Sequence record: OL770310
Length of the DNA stretch: 64,000 nucleotides
Direction: 5' to 3' (one strand)
Source: Escherichia phage PSa2
This document shows, in pieces, positions 18,528-28,275 of the stretch. The notes beneath the pieces are model-generated. The model did no database searches. It had not been told where the DNA came from and saw nothing but the letters and a program-made list of their open reading frames with translations. The position numbers were made by a program, and so were the translations under genes. Each line of letters begins with the position of its first letter. The first letter of the stretch is position 1.

Positions 18528-18826
18528 TAATACCTCTTTTTAGTTAACCAATACATATTGTGCTCATATTGATAGCGATTCCACTTATCTTTAAATTCAT
18601 TCATATGATTAAAGATATGTTTGGCTAAATCGTTAGCATTCTCTAGTGTTTTAGCGTAAAGTTTTACTGGTTCGCCATTTTCATATGAGATAATAATAAA
18701 GAGCCTATTATCTTCTTCAAATGCGGGGGATATAGAACGTATCCCCTTAACATCAATAAAGCCAGCCCAGCCTAGAGACTCAAAGTTACAATACTTAGTA
18801 ATTGTTGGTATAATAGGTTTTTCCAT
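18527..18826 (-). CDS. hypothetical protein
   Basis: 99-aa ORF. Confidence 0.5.
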   Translation of the reverse strand: MEKPIIPTITKYCNFESLGWAGFIDVKGIRSISPAFEEDNRLFIIISYENGEPVKLYAKTLENANDLAKHIFNHMNEFKDKWNRYQYEHNMYWLTKKRY

Positions 18827-19704
18827 TACAGAATCCTCTGTACACCACAGCTATCATTTTTATCTGTGGTAAATGTCATGATCTTACCGGCTTCATCATT
18901 AACTTGCGCAACCGTCAACTGCCCGTTGAAAACACCGCCAGTATCGAGATAAACACGGTTCTTGTACAGAATTGGGTAAGGAACACCAGTGTGGCCATGG
19001 AATACGAAATCTACACTTTCAACTTCTGGCACTTCCACAGTCAGTTCATCTTTAAATCCTGCATAACGCTGGAAATAGGGGTGCTCTGCACCTTGCTTAG
19101 ACAGATGAAAACCAATTTCCTGAATTACATCACGATCCCATAGATACGGCTCAATGTAATAGCTAGGATGATCATTAGGATCATTTTCACTTGCAGCGAT
19201 ATGATCAATAATATCATCCCAATTAGGTGTATGTACATCGAATCCAGCATCTTTATACTGAAACGGTATTCCGCCATGAACAACACCGTATTTCTTGCCA
19301 CGATGGAGTACGGTCATGAATACAGGCATTTTAGCTGCCATATCTTCTGCGATACCTTTAATTGTATCGGTATCCAGATCATTCATTGCCCACATCCCTC
19401 CATTATACATCCAGTTGGCATAGTCACCCGCAATCATAAACTGATCATGGTTGCCACGAACGCTACGGAAGCGTGGGTTATATAAGAATTTGGCTAGGAC
19501 CTGTAAGTTCTGCGGGCCACGGTCAATTAAGTCGCCAACACAGACAACATAGTCACGCTTTTCTTTATATCCTGCTAGTTTAAGAGCATCTTCCAGCATA
19601 TCATTACAGCCGTGAATATCTCCTACGAAGAACAGGTTAACATCGTCTGGTACTACTAACATTTCGTGCAGGTTAAATTCTTTTTTCATTATCGAGTCAT
19701 CCAA
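18826..19704 (-). CDS. Ser/Thr protein phosphatase (PPP-family metallophosphatase)
   Basis: 292-aa ORF; GDIHGC, GDLIDRG, GNHD, HGHTG motifs. Confidence 0.7.
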   Translation of the reverse strand: MDDSIMKKEFNLHEMLVVPDDVNLFFVGDIHGCNDMLEDALKLAGYKEKRDYVVCVGDLIDRGPQNLQVLAKFLYNPRFRSVRGNHDQFMIAGDYANWMYNGGMWAMNDLDTDTIKGIAEDMAAKMPVFMTVLHRGKKYGVVHGGIPFQYKDAGFDVHTPNWDDIIDHIAASENDPNDHPSYYIEPYLWDRDVIQEIGFHLSKQGAEHPYFQRYAGFKDELTVEVPEVESVDFVFHGHTGVPYPILYKNRVYLDTGGVFNGQLTVAQVNDEAGKIMTFTTDKNDSCGVQRIL

Positions 19705-20069
19705 TTAGTGTGTTTTTCAGCTTCTGTATCATTTGGCTCAAAGACAACGTGACAGTCTACTACTTCCCAGAAAGATTGACGGATGATAGCATTTTGTTCT
19801 GCAATATCCAATCCTTCCCATTCTTCAAGTGTTTCTAGATCTGTATCAACTTCGGTATCACAGCCCACCAGCCCCAAAGTAACAACAATAGTAACACGGC
19901 CTTCACGTTCTTCGGGATAAACTTCAGCATATTCCCAAGCAGCCTGTTCAACATAGTATTCTTGCTCCGATTTAGACAAAGAGTTATACTTTTCTTCTGT
20001 GATTCCCATCTCTACAGCACGAGTACCACAGACCACGTTGTTATGTATTATAAGATATGCGTAATTCAA
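19689..20069 (-). CDS. hypothetical acidic protein
   Basis: 126-aa ORF. Confidence 0.5.
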   Translation of the reverse strand: MNYAYLIIHNNVVCGTRAVEMGITEEKYNSLSKSEQEYYVEQAAWEYAEVYPEEREGRVTIVVTLGLVGCDTEVDTDLETLEEWEGLDIAEQNAIIRQSFWEVVDCHVVFEPNDTEAEKHTNWMTR

Positions 20070-20100
20070 TGTGATACTCCCCTCATCAATTTATACATAT

Positions 20101-20130
20101 ATTATATCAAAATTTTTAGCAGAAAGCAAG
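20101..20130 (-). promoter_or_regulatory. sigma70 early promoter
   Basis: promoter family motif. Confidence 0.5.
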
Positions 20131-20132
20131 TA

Positions 20133-20164
20133 ATAAAAAACCCAGATCAGCTAAGATCTGGGTT
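20133..20164 (-). terminator. intrinsic terminator AACCCAGATC-AGCTAA-GATCTGGGTT with U6 tail on minus strand
   Basis: 10-bp stem, A6 on plus immediately 5' of hairpin. Confidence 0.65.
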
Positions 20165-20171
20165 AGATTTA

Positions 20172-20462
20172 TTAATCTTCTGGATTATCTTCCAGGAAGT
20201 TTTTGATTGCGTCATGCATAGTTTCTTTACGAAGTTGACGACCAATCAGAATGTGGTTGGCTTCCACACGACCATTAGGGAGACGATCTGCTAGAACTAC
20301 TACAGGAACCTGACGAACGCCAAATTTCTGCATAAGTTCTGCATTATCAGTCTCTTTATGAACTTCTAGACTGTAGTCCTGTACTACTTTATCGAATACA
20401 GGCTCGAACATTTTGCACGGATTGCAGGTAGATCCCTTCAATAGATATACTAATTTACTCAT
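20172..20462 (-). CDS. thioredoxin/glutaredoxin-like protein
   Basis: 96-aa ORF; CNPC redox motif. Confidence 0.5.
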   Translation of the reverse strand: MSKLVYLLKGSTCNPCKMFEPVFDKVVQDYSLEVHKETDNAELMQKFGVRQVPVVVLADRLPNGRVEANHILIGRQLRKETMHDAIKNFLEDNPED

Positions 20463-20865
20463 GTTTATTAACTGCCTCTAAAAACGCACGCATCACTTTT
20501 ACTGTTGCAGTGCTAAGATCTAAGGTAGCACCTAAGCACTCAGATACAGCAGCCTGATAAGGGGCTTTTAGCCTGCCTTCCGGTACTTGTACTTTCTTAT
20601 AGGTTTTCTTTTTGACTTTATCCAGCATCGTTTCAAGAACATTGAGAGGCAACTTCTGACCTTCAATATTCACGCCAAGCTCTTCCATTAGCATGGTATT
20701 TAAGTCAATACGAGTAAGTTTCTTGCCCTTGCTAGACATACGAATTCCCGCCTTTTTCTCAAGTTTTGCACGCTCTGGTGAATCGAGGTCACGTAATGCG
20801 ATGTTCAATTCATACGGAGCCATATTGTAATGGTTAGCCATCTGAGTGTAGTAACGATCTGACAT
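20455..20865 (-). CDS. hypothetical protein
   Basis: 136-aa ORF. Confidence 0.5.
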   Translation of the reverse strand: MSDRYYTQMANHYNMAPYELNIALRDLDSPERAKLEKKAGIRMSSKGKKLTRIDLNTMLMEELGVNIEGQKLPLNVLETMLDKVKKKTYKKVQVPEGRLKAPYQAAVSECLGATLDLSTATVKVMRAFLEAVNKHE

Positions 20866-20898
20866 TTGTGAAACTCCTCTGATTCAATTTATACAAAT

Positions 20899-20928
20899 AT
20901 TATATAAAAATTTCAGCGGAAAGTCAAC
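20899..20928 (-). promoter_or_regulatory. sigma70 early promoter (TTGACT-17-TATAAT)
   Basis: promoter family motif. Confidence 0.5.
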
Positions 20929-20940
20929 TACTTTTTTATA

Positions 20941-21357
20941 TTAATGTGCTTGATGTGGGAATCTCTTCCTAACTAGGTACATTGTTATTGGATATATTGA
21001 ATACATAAGTATAGGGGAGAAAAGGGTGAAATAAGCCGTGACTCCCCCAGCTAACATCAGTGGTATCAATGCTAGAGTAAGGGCCATAAGAATCATACCG
21101 AATGAGACAGCCAGGGCTACTGTTATGCAGTTCTCTAACTCCATCCAAAGCCAACAATATTTCGTATTTCTCTGGCAGTTGCATTTGCAAACGCCGAATG
21201 TGCCCATAATTATATACTCTAGCCCATGAACGACTTTCTTTAATGTGTCATTTTGGGTAACTAGTGCGACAACCGTAAGAATTATCATTAAAATGAAAAC
21301 TACTAGGCTTATCTTCCATATTCCTAGTAACATCATGGTGAATAGTTCTGCAAACAT
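20941..21357 (-). CDS. membrane protein (lysis-associated candidate)
   Basis: 138-aa ORF with several hydrophobic segments, downstream of endolysin. Confidence 0.45.
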   Translation of the reverse strand: MFAELFTMMLLGIWKISLVVFILMIILTVVALVTQNDTLKKVVHGLEYIIMGTFGVCKCNCQRNTKYCWLWMELENCITVALAVSFGMILMALTLALIPLMLAGGVTAYFTLFSPILMYSIYPITMYLVRKRFPHQAH

Positions 21358-21432
21358 GGCTTTCTCCTATCATTAAGTTTTTAAAGCCCCCTTTGCTTTA
21401 AAAGGCGGGAATTACCCCACCTTGATTTATTA

Positions 21433-21846
21433 TCAGACTAATTCTACGTGACCACCGTCGTAAGTACCACGATCGATCTCATCATGATAATCACCAGAAC
21501 TATTCCAGTCGGCACCAAAACGAAGTTTGACACCAAGTTCCTTACCAGCTTGTTCAAAAGCCTTCTTAACAGCCCAAAATGCTTCCAGATCTTTCCAATC
21601 AATCTTACCATTAATATATGGTGCAAAATCGATAGCGTCTCCAGTTACATGCTTACTTTTGCTAGGGTCTTTCAAAAATGAAGTACCATTAGCAATGTTT
21701 TGGGCACTTTGTGCTACTGTACGAATACCTTGTACGATTGTGAAATCATATGGGGATAGTTCTAAAGCCCTACGAGCTACCTTTTGTAGCTCGGGCTTAA
21801 CAGTTGCTAATTGTTTTTCGCTATTTTTACCAAATTTAAAACTCAT
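21433..21846 (-). CDS. lys: endolysin, L-alanyl-D-glutamate peptidase (T5 Lys-like)
   Basis: 137-aa ORF; His/Asp zinc-peptidase residues; size and neighbourhood match T5 endolysin. Confidence 0.7.
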   Translation of the reverse strand: MSFKFGKNSEKQLATVKPELQKVARRALELSPYDFTIVQGIRTVAQSAQNIANGTSFLKDPSKSKHVTGDAIDFAPYINGKIDWKDLEAFWAVKKAFEQAGKELGVKLRFGADWNSSGDYHDEIDRGTYDGGHVELV

Positions 21847-22499
21847 ATAGATCTACCTAATGATCTTTGCTGCGGTGAGCAAAGCTTTGTTAAGTACTCC
21901 TTAAATTGTTCCGAGTCAGCTGTATCTACGGGTTTATCCTTCCAGGCAATACCTATGTATCCAGCATAGATATTATTTAGGTTGAAATACGGACAAGTAT
22001 AGACGTAATTAAAAGTAACGTTCTTAAACGCGGGTATATTTGACCCCATATATTTATTTACTTTTACACTTAAATCCGAAGCGTAGTTAAAGCCTTCCAG
22101 GTGACGTCTATAAAGTTCAGACGTCTTGTTTACTGCTTTATCGGCCAAGTCAGCCCTATCCAATTGCGCATTGCTTTCCCATGCAATAATGTTCGAATAA
22201 TCGTTTATAGCATCGGGTTTATACTTGACTACAAAAACAGCATCCGCACCCGTCTGAGAGAAAAGAACCATGCTCTTTTCTCGTGCTACATTAGGAAAGT
22301 TATCTATCCTTTGGGTTTGAACATCCTGTAAAACCGCAGACGTGGAGAAAGTCTTTAAAAATGACATCACCTCGCTAGTGTTACTTACAAACAAGAAAAT
22401 AATGACAGCAACTAAGATAGTTAGCAGACGTTTTAGTAGCGAAGCTGGATCTTTCGCTTCTTGGAGCAGTACCGTTAATAGTTGTAGAAACTTTTCCAC
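21843..22499 (-). CDS. holin candidate
   Basis: 218-aa ORF directly upstream of endolysin; TM segment LLTILVAVIIFLFV. Confidence 0.5.
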   Translation of the reverse strand: MEKFLQLLTVLLQEAKDPASLLKRLLTILVAVIIFLFVSNTSEVMSFLKTFSTSAVLQDVQTQRIDNFPNVAREKSMVLFSQTGADAVFVVKYKPDAINDYSNIIAWESNAQLDRADLADKAVNKTSELYRRHLEGFNYASDLSVKVNKYMGSNIPAFKNVTFNYVYTCPYFNLNNIYAGYIGIAWKDKPVDTADSEQFKEYLTKLCSPQQRSLGRSI

Positions 22500-22607
22500 T
22501 TGTAACCTCCTCTAACCATTACCATTATACTAATTCTAGAGGAAAATTACAACGTGTTTTTAAAGATCACTTCTGGAGCATAATTTTTTGTCGTTGTCAA
22601 GAAGAAT

Positions 22608-22647
22608 TTTAGGCAAAAGAAAAGCCAGAGTCGTTAAACTCTGGCTT
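22608..22647 (-). terminator. intrinsic terminator AGCCAGAGT-CGTTAA-ACTCTGGCT with U-rich tail
   Basis: read directly downstream of ClpP-like gene. Confidence 0.55.
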
Positions 22648-22655
22648 AAAACTAC

Positions 22656-23255
22656 TTACACTTCTCCATGTTCTTCTGGATGCGGAGCTTGAGCTTTACT
22701 ATATTGCTCTTTGCGATAATTCGCCAAAATTTCAATACGCTTATTGATTTCTTTACTGTTGAGGTAGATATTCTTATTCTCTTTTACCATGTCCTCGATC
22801 TCGTCAATAGAGAAGAACGGGAAGTAAACATCGAGCATCATATCTTCTACAAACTGGTTGTAAGATTCATAGGCTTTCTTGATTTCTTGACCTTTCTCAC
22901 AGAATCCGCCAGAGAACGTATGTCCCATAAGCGTAGCATGTGGATGTACAACCCAACCGTGGCAAGACAGGAAGATTGTGCAGTAAGCAGAAGCACTAGG
23001 ACCGAGCAGGTGTCCAATAACCGTTCCACGACAGTTAGCGATTAGGTTAGATAGTTGTGCAGCAGTATCAACGTAACCACCAGGCCCATTAATCATCAGA
23101 TTAATTTCATCATCTTCACCAGCCTGCATCAGTATCATGGATAGGTCACGATACTCATCCGGTGAGCCTAATTCTTCATCAAAGAAAAAGGTATATTCGT
23201 TAGATTGGCGAACAGTGTGAAACAGGTTAGTCTTTTCTTCTTTCTTATTAGTCAT
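22656..23255 (-). CDS. ClpP-like serine protease
   Basis: 199-aa ORF; NGPGG, GPSASAYC, HPHATLMGH resemble ClpP catalytic motifs. Confidence 0.6.
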   Translation of the reverse strand: MTNKKEEKTNLFHTVRQSNEYTFFFDEELGSPDEYRDLSMILMQAGEDDEINLMINGPGGYVDTAAQLSNLIANCRGTVIGHLLGPSASAYCTIFLSCHGWVVHPHATLMGHTFSGGFCEKGQEIKKAYESYNQFVEDMMLDVYFPFFSIDEIEDMVKENKNIYLNSKEINKRIEILANYRKEQYSKAQAPHPEEHGEV

Positions 23256-23267
23256 AGTGATCCTTAA

Positions 23268-24020
23268 TTATCCAACTAGTGGTTCTAGCTCTAAGTCACA
23301 GAAGTGGTACACATCGGTACGAAGTGCATCAAGTCCGTTGAAGGTATTCTCAAATTTATGAGAAATGTATTTTTCAGGAATACCGCTTTCAGACGGATGA
23401 TCTGTCTCGATGCGATACTTATTAGTAATACCAGATTCAACCTTAATAAGCATGGAATCCATATCTAGAGTATTGGTTTCCATGATTAGCTCTCCCTCAT
23501 TGGGGAAACGCACATCGGTAACGATTGCGACGTCTGGGTCGTCTTTATCGATGGATTGCTCCAGAATTATGAGCCAAATGCGTTCATGCACCAGCTGCCT
23601 TCCTAACTCAGTACCTACAAGCTGTAGCATTTTTCTTGGGGAGATAAATACGCTATACAGCGCATCATCAGCTTGCCCAATTAACTGCTGAGGATCAAGG
23701 TATTTTCCTTCAAAAATCGGCCAAACGTACGAGAAGTCCTCAAACTTATCGATACCATACTTAAACCATACGTCTCTAGCTCGCTCCAATTGAGATTGTG
23801 TGACTGTAAACCATTGGTCAATCTCTTTTCCCCTGCGCTCTCCCAGAAACTCTGGAGTTACCCCGAGGATTACGGATGCAAGTTCGTAAACGGGTTTAGC
23901 AAAACTGTAACTACGGGATAAACACGTTGGGAACGTGTCATTACACCAGTCAATCATTAATTCTGCAACGGTATCTTTTCCCGCACCAGCCTCACCATGT
24001 AAACCGACTAATACTGACAT
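23268..24020 (-). CDS. dnk: deoxynucleoside monophosphate kinase
   Basis: 250-aa ORF; Walker A GEAGAGKDT. Confidence 0.55.
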   Translation of the reverse strand: MSVLVGLHGEAGAGKDTVAELMIDWCNDTFPTCLSRSYSFAKPVYELASVILGVTPEFLGERRGKEIDQWFTVTQSQLERARDVWFKYGIDKFEDFSYVWPIFEGKYLDPQQLIGQADDALYSVFISPRKMLQLVGTELGRQLVHERIWLIILEQSIDKDDPDVAIVTDVRFPNEGELIMETNTLDMDSMLIKVESGITNKYRIETDHPSESGIPEKYISHKFENTFNGLDALRTDVYHFCDLELEPLVG

Positions 24021-24373
24021 TAATCTTTCCTATTTGTAATGGGTGGATAGTAAACTAAGCAACGTTTTTCTTGTAAATCTTGACGATAGAAGCAAACCAT
24101 ACCGGTCAGTCGTGAAATGTAAGAGTAAACTGCTTCCTCGCATTTTGCTTTTGCATTCCAATCTTTGTAAGGTACAACAACTACTACGCCATCTTCACCA
24201 TTTGTAGCTAATTTCTTTTCGAATTTGAAATCAAAGCTACACGGCTGAAGTCCTTTAGGCCAGTCAACATGAGCTTGTTTTAACTCATGGGATGGCTCCG
24301 GTTTTATTTCTTCTGCACAGCCTGTGATTGTGATTGCGGCTGCGAGCAGTACTCCAAGTTTCCAGTTAAACAC
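24020..24373 (-). CDS. lipoprotein (o-spanin candidate)
   Basis: 117-aa ORF; signal peptide with lipobox ITGC; 5' end overlaps 3' end of 24304-24753. Confidence 0.45.
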   Translation of the reverse strand: MFNWKLGVLLAAAITITGCAEEIKPEPSHELKQAHVDWPKGLQPCSFDFKFEKKLATNGEDGVVVVVPYKDWNAKAKCEEAVYSYISRLTGMVCFYRQDLQEKRCLVYYPPITNRKD

Positions 24374-24753
24374 GCTAATCTTTCCTCGAACTCTTTATTC
24401 TGCTTTTTAGCAATTAATGTTACCAATCCAGGCTTTGCAGCGATAACATCTTGACGACTAAGAGCTTTATCTAACTGCTTAATCTTTTTGTCTAGATCTG
24501 CTTGCGAAATATTATTCATTGTGAAATACTGGTTCATTCGAGTCTCACGAAGTTCACTCTCAGTTTTCACTTTATTAAGATAAGTCTCTAGAGTGGAGAT
24601 CTTTTTAGTCGCAACTGCAAGATCTCCCGCTAAAGTTTCAACCTTATTTACTAAATGATAAGCACCGAATCCGATACCTATCGCAAGACCAGCTCCCAGG
24701 ATATACCACTTACCTTGCCATATTCCTGAAAGAAGTTTTTGTATCAAATCCAT
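24304..24753 (-). CDS. N-terminal TM plus coiled-coil protein (i-spanin candidate)
   Basis: 149-aa ORF; TM helix YILGAGLAIGIGFGAY then helical region. Confidence 0.45.
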   Translation of the reverse strand: MDLIQKLLSGIWQGKWYILGAGLAIGIGFGAYHLVNKVETLAGDLAVATKKISTLETYLNKVKTESELRETRMNQYFTMNNISQADLDKKIKQLDKALSRQDVIAAKPGLVTLIAKKQNKEFEERLACLTGNLEYCSQPQSQSQAVQKK

Positions 24754-25408
24754 GTGCTGCTAACCTGTCTTTATCTGATACGGTAATCATATCAGGCTCA
24801 CCAGTTCCTAGTACACCGAAGATATACTGTTCGAGAACTTGGTGTAAACGGTATAAGTTACTTTCAATTTCCTGCCACGGAATACCTGACTGATGGAAAC
24901 GAATGTTTGTCTGAATTACGAAGTTACGAATATCATCGTTATCGTTCTTCTTAATACCTTTCACATATGCAATTGGTACGCGCAGTTCAGATAAGATACG
25001 TTCTGCTTTAGGTTTTGCTTCAACCAACATATCTCGCATGGTTTCACGAACATCACCACGATTCTTGTCTAGTAAGTAAGAACGGGCATGTAATCCCATT
25101 TCTTCCATTTTATCAAATACAGCATCGATGTTGAACGTTTTGAAACTGAATGCCGGATGCCAGCAGGACAGCTCATGTAACCAGTAAACTTCACCTGCAA
25201 TAAACAGCGGATTTACTGAGTATTCGAAATCACCACGGAAGGATAAGGAACCTTCACGAAACACCTGACGATTATGAACAATATTCTTTTCTACATCGTC
25301 GGTTACTTTTACTAGCAGCTCTTCAGTTTTACGCTCCCAGACACGATCTGGATCAAATAAACTATTCTGCAAATCGTATACATCATTGAACTTTGAAATG
25401 ATTCTCAT
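24710..25408 (-). CDS. hypothetical protein
   Basis: 232-aa ORF. Confidence 0.55.
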   Translation of the reverse strand: MRIISKFNDVYDLQNSLFDPDRVWERKTEELLVKVTDDVEKNIVHNRQVFREGSLSFRGDFEYSVNPLFIAGEVYWLHELSCWHPAFSFKTFNIDAVFDKMEEMGLHARSYLLDKNRGDVRETMRDMLVEAKPKAERILSELRVPIAYVKGIKKNDNDDIRNFVIQTNIRFHQSGIPWQEIESNLYRLHQVLEQYIFGVLGTGEPDMITVSDKDRLAAHGFDTKTSFRNMAR

Positions 25409-25437
25409 AAATTATCCTTTTGCCTCAATCTATAAAC

Positions 25438-25468
25438 ATATTATATAATACTTGTGGCGTCTGAGCAA
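25438..25468 (-). promoter_or_regulatory. sigma70 early promoter
   Basis: promoter family motif. Confidence 0.45.
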
Positions 25469-25554
25469 CTGAAATTTTATTACAAAAAATAGCCCAGCCT
25501 GCAATTTTGCGACTGGGCTTTGTCATTATTATTCTTGCTAGGAGGTGATTATCA

Positions 25555-25944
25555 TCACTCTTGTTTACTTAATTCTCTAGCACGACGTAGCGATCCAGCG
25601 GTTCTCCATAGTTTAATGTCGTCAATAACTTCTTTGTAAGGAGCAATAGTAAGACCTAGCGGTCCTGCTACCAACAGTCCAAAGAAACCAATTACACGCA
25701 TGTATAGCAAGCATTCTTTGGGAGTCATTGACTGGACAGCCTGCCTTTCCTCATCACTGTCGAACTCGTATTCTTGATCGTCTAAACGTAGGTACTTAAT
25801 AAACCATTCAGCAGAATATTCATCCAGATGACTAATAACTGCAATAGCATAGCCTAAACCAATAATAAACCATGCTGCTACAATGAATAAAATAAAGCTC
25901 ATGATATCTCCAGTTAAAGTTGAGGTCCGCGACCAACTCACCAC
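25555..25944 (-). CDS. membrane protein
   Basis: 129-aa ORF. Confidence 0.5.
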   Translation of the reverse strand: MVSWSRTSTLTGDIMSFILFIVAAWFIIGLGYAIAVISHLDEYSAEWFIKYLRLDDQEYEFDSDEERQAVQSMTPKECLLYMRVIGFFGLLVAGPLGLTIAPYKEVIDDIKLWRTAGSLRRARELSKQE

Positions 25945-26018
25945 TTACCGCACTAAGGGGCACGACTCCCTTATCCGTAACAGTTGCAGGTGACGCAACT
26001 CGGTCCTACGCGAGTTCT

Positions 26019-26303
26019 TTACTTGCTCTGCATTTCAGCACGGAATTTTTTCATCTTACGAGTTTTACGGAAGAAGAAATAAGTAGCTACTGGCCCGAAC
26101 AAGGTGTCCATAATAAGCATACCTGACATGATGAATTTGAACATCTTTTCATCGTCAAATTCTGCTAATTCTGGTGGACGATATTTGTTTATAACATAAA
26201 GAATAACATCTTTATTTTTAGAGATATACAGATCATCAATCAGACTGTAAATCGCGACAACTGCACCAATAACAAACCACAAAGCAAATGGAGAGATAAT
26301 CAT
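26019..26303 (-). CDS. membrane protein
   Basis: 94-aa ORF. Confidence 0.45.
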   Translation of the reverse strand: MIISPFALWFVIGAVVAIYSLIDDLYISKNKDVILYVINKYRPPELAEFDDEKMFKFIMSGMLIMDTLFGPVATYFFFRKTRKMKKFRAEMQSK

Positions 26304-26596
26304 TTAAGATCCTTTTCATCAATTAGAATAGTAACAAACAAGGGTACACAACCTGGGCACAAATCTTTACCAAACTTTTCCATTACATCCCAAAGTGGTA
26401 AGGTAATCATATCATTCTTAACTCTAGGATCTGTATACTCAGCTATTCGTTTATCCGCGAATGTTATTGCACTAGAAGTTTCTTCGTACTGTTCTGCATA
26501 GTTAGTCCAGAACTTAATATGTTCCTGTTTGAGGAAGCCTAGTACAGCATCAGTTGCTGGAATCTGTACTAGACTGTTGAGATTTAGCTCTTTCAC
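26300..26596 (-). CDS. hypothetical protein
   Basis: 98-aa ORF. Confidence 0.5.
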   Translation of the reverse strand: MKELNLNSLVQIPATDAVLGFLKQEHIKFWTNYAEQYEETSSAITFADKRIAEYTDPRVKNDMITLPLWDVMEKFGKDLCPGCVPLFVTILIDEKDLK

Positions 26597-27047
26597 GTTC
26601 TGCTCTCCGACGTTTGCGTTCTTTCATCATGTAAGCTGCTACAACTTCATGATAGTAGTCATTAATGTTATCTTCTGGCAAGAAATGTTTAATTGTTTCT
26701 AGCTGACAGATAACACGGTAAAGATGTTTATTTGGCAAACATAATTTCATGCCCATAACAAATCCAGAGAAACCTGGAACACTGAACGTGGGTTGGGCTT
26801 CTACGTTGCCCTCGGGATTGATACTAAGTTCAATCGAGATACCCATTTTCATACTATAAAGCTGACAACCCTCACCATTACCGAATTTTGACCAAACAGT
26901 GAAATCCTCATCGATTTGATCTTGGATTTCTTCGACTGCAAGTTTAATTCTAGGGTCTAAATTACTCATCTTCACCTTCAAAGCCGCAGTCATAACGGCA
27001 AGTAAAAGAATCAGAACTATTAGTACGTTGAGTAGTGATTTCACCAC
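26550..27047 (-). CDS. hypothetical protein
   Basis: 165-aa ORF. Confidence 0.5.
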   Translation of the reverse strand: MVKSLLNVLIVLILLLAVMTAALKVKMSNLDPRIKLAVEEIQDQIDEDFTVWSKFGNGEGCQLYSMKMGISIELSINPEGNVEAQPTFSVPGFSGFVMGMKLCLPNKHLYRVICQLETIKHFLPEDNINDYYHEVVAAYMMKERKRRRAERERAKSQQSSTDSSN

Positions 27048-27327
27048 GTTTACTAACAGTAATAGCCGGAGTAGAGAAGTTTTTATTAGTATATATTTCT
27101 ACTTTGCCATTACGTTCTTTTACATCACGTACTTTACCATATTCGGTGGTAATGCCATTCTGCTGAACTTTAACATTACCATTTTTCATAGAAACTTTGG
27201 TAGATGCCAGAGAACCGAAACTAACTGCTGAGATTACTAGAGCAATAATAAACTTATTCATCTTCATCGTCCTCTTTACAGTCACGGCATACATCATAAT
27301 CATTGAAAGAATGTTCGTGAGCTTCAC
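26962..27327 (-). CDS. secreted protein (signal peptide)
   Basis: 121-aa ORF. Confidence 0.45.
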   Translation of the reverse strand: MKLTNILSMIMMYAVTVKRTMKMNKFIIALVISAVSFGSLASTKVSMKNGNVKVQQNGITTEYGKVRDVKERNGKVEIYTNKNFSTPAITVSKRGEITTQRTNSSDSFTCRYDCGFEGEDE

Positions 27328-27553
27328 ACCACCAAGAACAAGAATCGCACAAGAAAATTTCTGTTTTCTCTATTGCCTGTCCAAGCAGTTCGTCTGCTTC
27401 ATCTTCGGTGATTTTCAAACTACAAACATCAGCAACACGTTTAACAATCATTCTGCCTGCTTCATGATAGGACATACAAGTCCCAACAACATCATGCTCA
27501 AGTACATGAACAGCACAGTCTAAGCGAGTTTTCATTTCAAAGCTCCTTATCAA
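27254..27553 (-). CDS. Cys-rich small protein
   Basis: 99-aa ORF. Confidence 0.45.
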   Translation of the reverse strand: MIRSFEMKTRLDCAVHVLEHDVVGTCMSYHEAGRMIVKRVADVCSLKITEDEADELLGQAIEKTEIFLCDSCSWWCEAHEHSFNDYDVCRDCKEDDEDE

Positions 27554-27564
27554 TTTATATAAAT

Positions 27565-27593
27565 ATTATACCAAGAAAAGAGGGTTTTAGCAA
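27565..27593 (-). promoter_or_regulatory. sigma70 early promoter
   Basis: promoter family motif. Confidence 0.55.
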
Positions 27594-27610
27594 ATGAATT
27601 ATTTACGAAA

Positions 27611-27967
27611 TTAGTCGTAGCACCACCATAATCCTTTCTTTCTCAGATCATGGTCTCGGTTATAGTCATAATTATCCGGATCTTTTAATACGCGGTGTAG
27701 TTCAATACGATTGCTCTGACGTACCAGTTTGTTTGAGTGCCACTTAACACTCTTACTAATGGAATTCCACCAGTGCCCATCCTTCTTCTCGTTATTAACG
27801 ATGCCTCTTTGAATCTCAGCATCAATCTCATCCCATGAGAGTACTTCGAATTCTTTTACTTCACAAAATCTAATTCTAGCGCACATATTAATACGGTAGT
27901 TCCACTTAGAACGATGTGCATCACGCCAGTGACGATTACCAGATTGTTTACGATATGTACGGCTCAT
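27611..27967 (-). CDS. hypothetical basic protein
   Basis: 118-aa ORF. Confidence 0.5.
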   Translation of the reverse strand: MSRTYRKQSGNRHWRDAHRSKWNYRINMCARIRFCEVKEFEVLSWDEIDAEIQRGIVNNEKKDGHWWNSISKSVKWHSNKLVRQSNRIELHRVLKDPDNYDYNRDHDLRKKGLWWCYD

Positions 27968-28025
27968 ATTACCTCCATTAAGTCTTTTAAATTAACTTAA
28001 TGTGGACGAACTTCAAAATATAACA

Positions 28026-28211
28026 TTAGTAATCTCCGTTGTCGTTGTATACTACCCCACTGCTAGGGAGTTCTTCTACTGTCAGATTCTCGAATTCTAT
28101 AGAACTTCTATGATTTCTAGCCAGTTCGATTGCTTCTTCCGCAGTTTCCGCAACAACAATAGCTGTACCACCTAACCACAGGCCGCTATAGTTCACTTTA
28201 AAAATTTTCAT
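28026..28211 (-). CDS. hypothetical protein
   Basis: 61-aa ORF. Confidence 0.4.
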   Translation of the reverse strand: MKIFKVNYSGLWLGGTAIVVAETAEEAIELARNHRSSIEFENLTVEELPSSGVVYNDNGDY

Positions 28212-28229
28212 TTCGAAAATCCTATATAC

Positions 28230-28270
28230 AAGAAAACCCCAGACTACGTATTCAATAGCTGGGGTTTATT
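28230..28270 (-). terminator. hairpin AAACCCCAG-N16-CTGGGGTTT
   Basis: 9-bp inverted repeat downstream of 28276-28575. Confidence 0.45.
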
Positions 28271-28275
28271 ATTAA

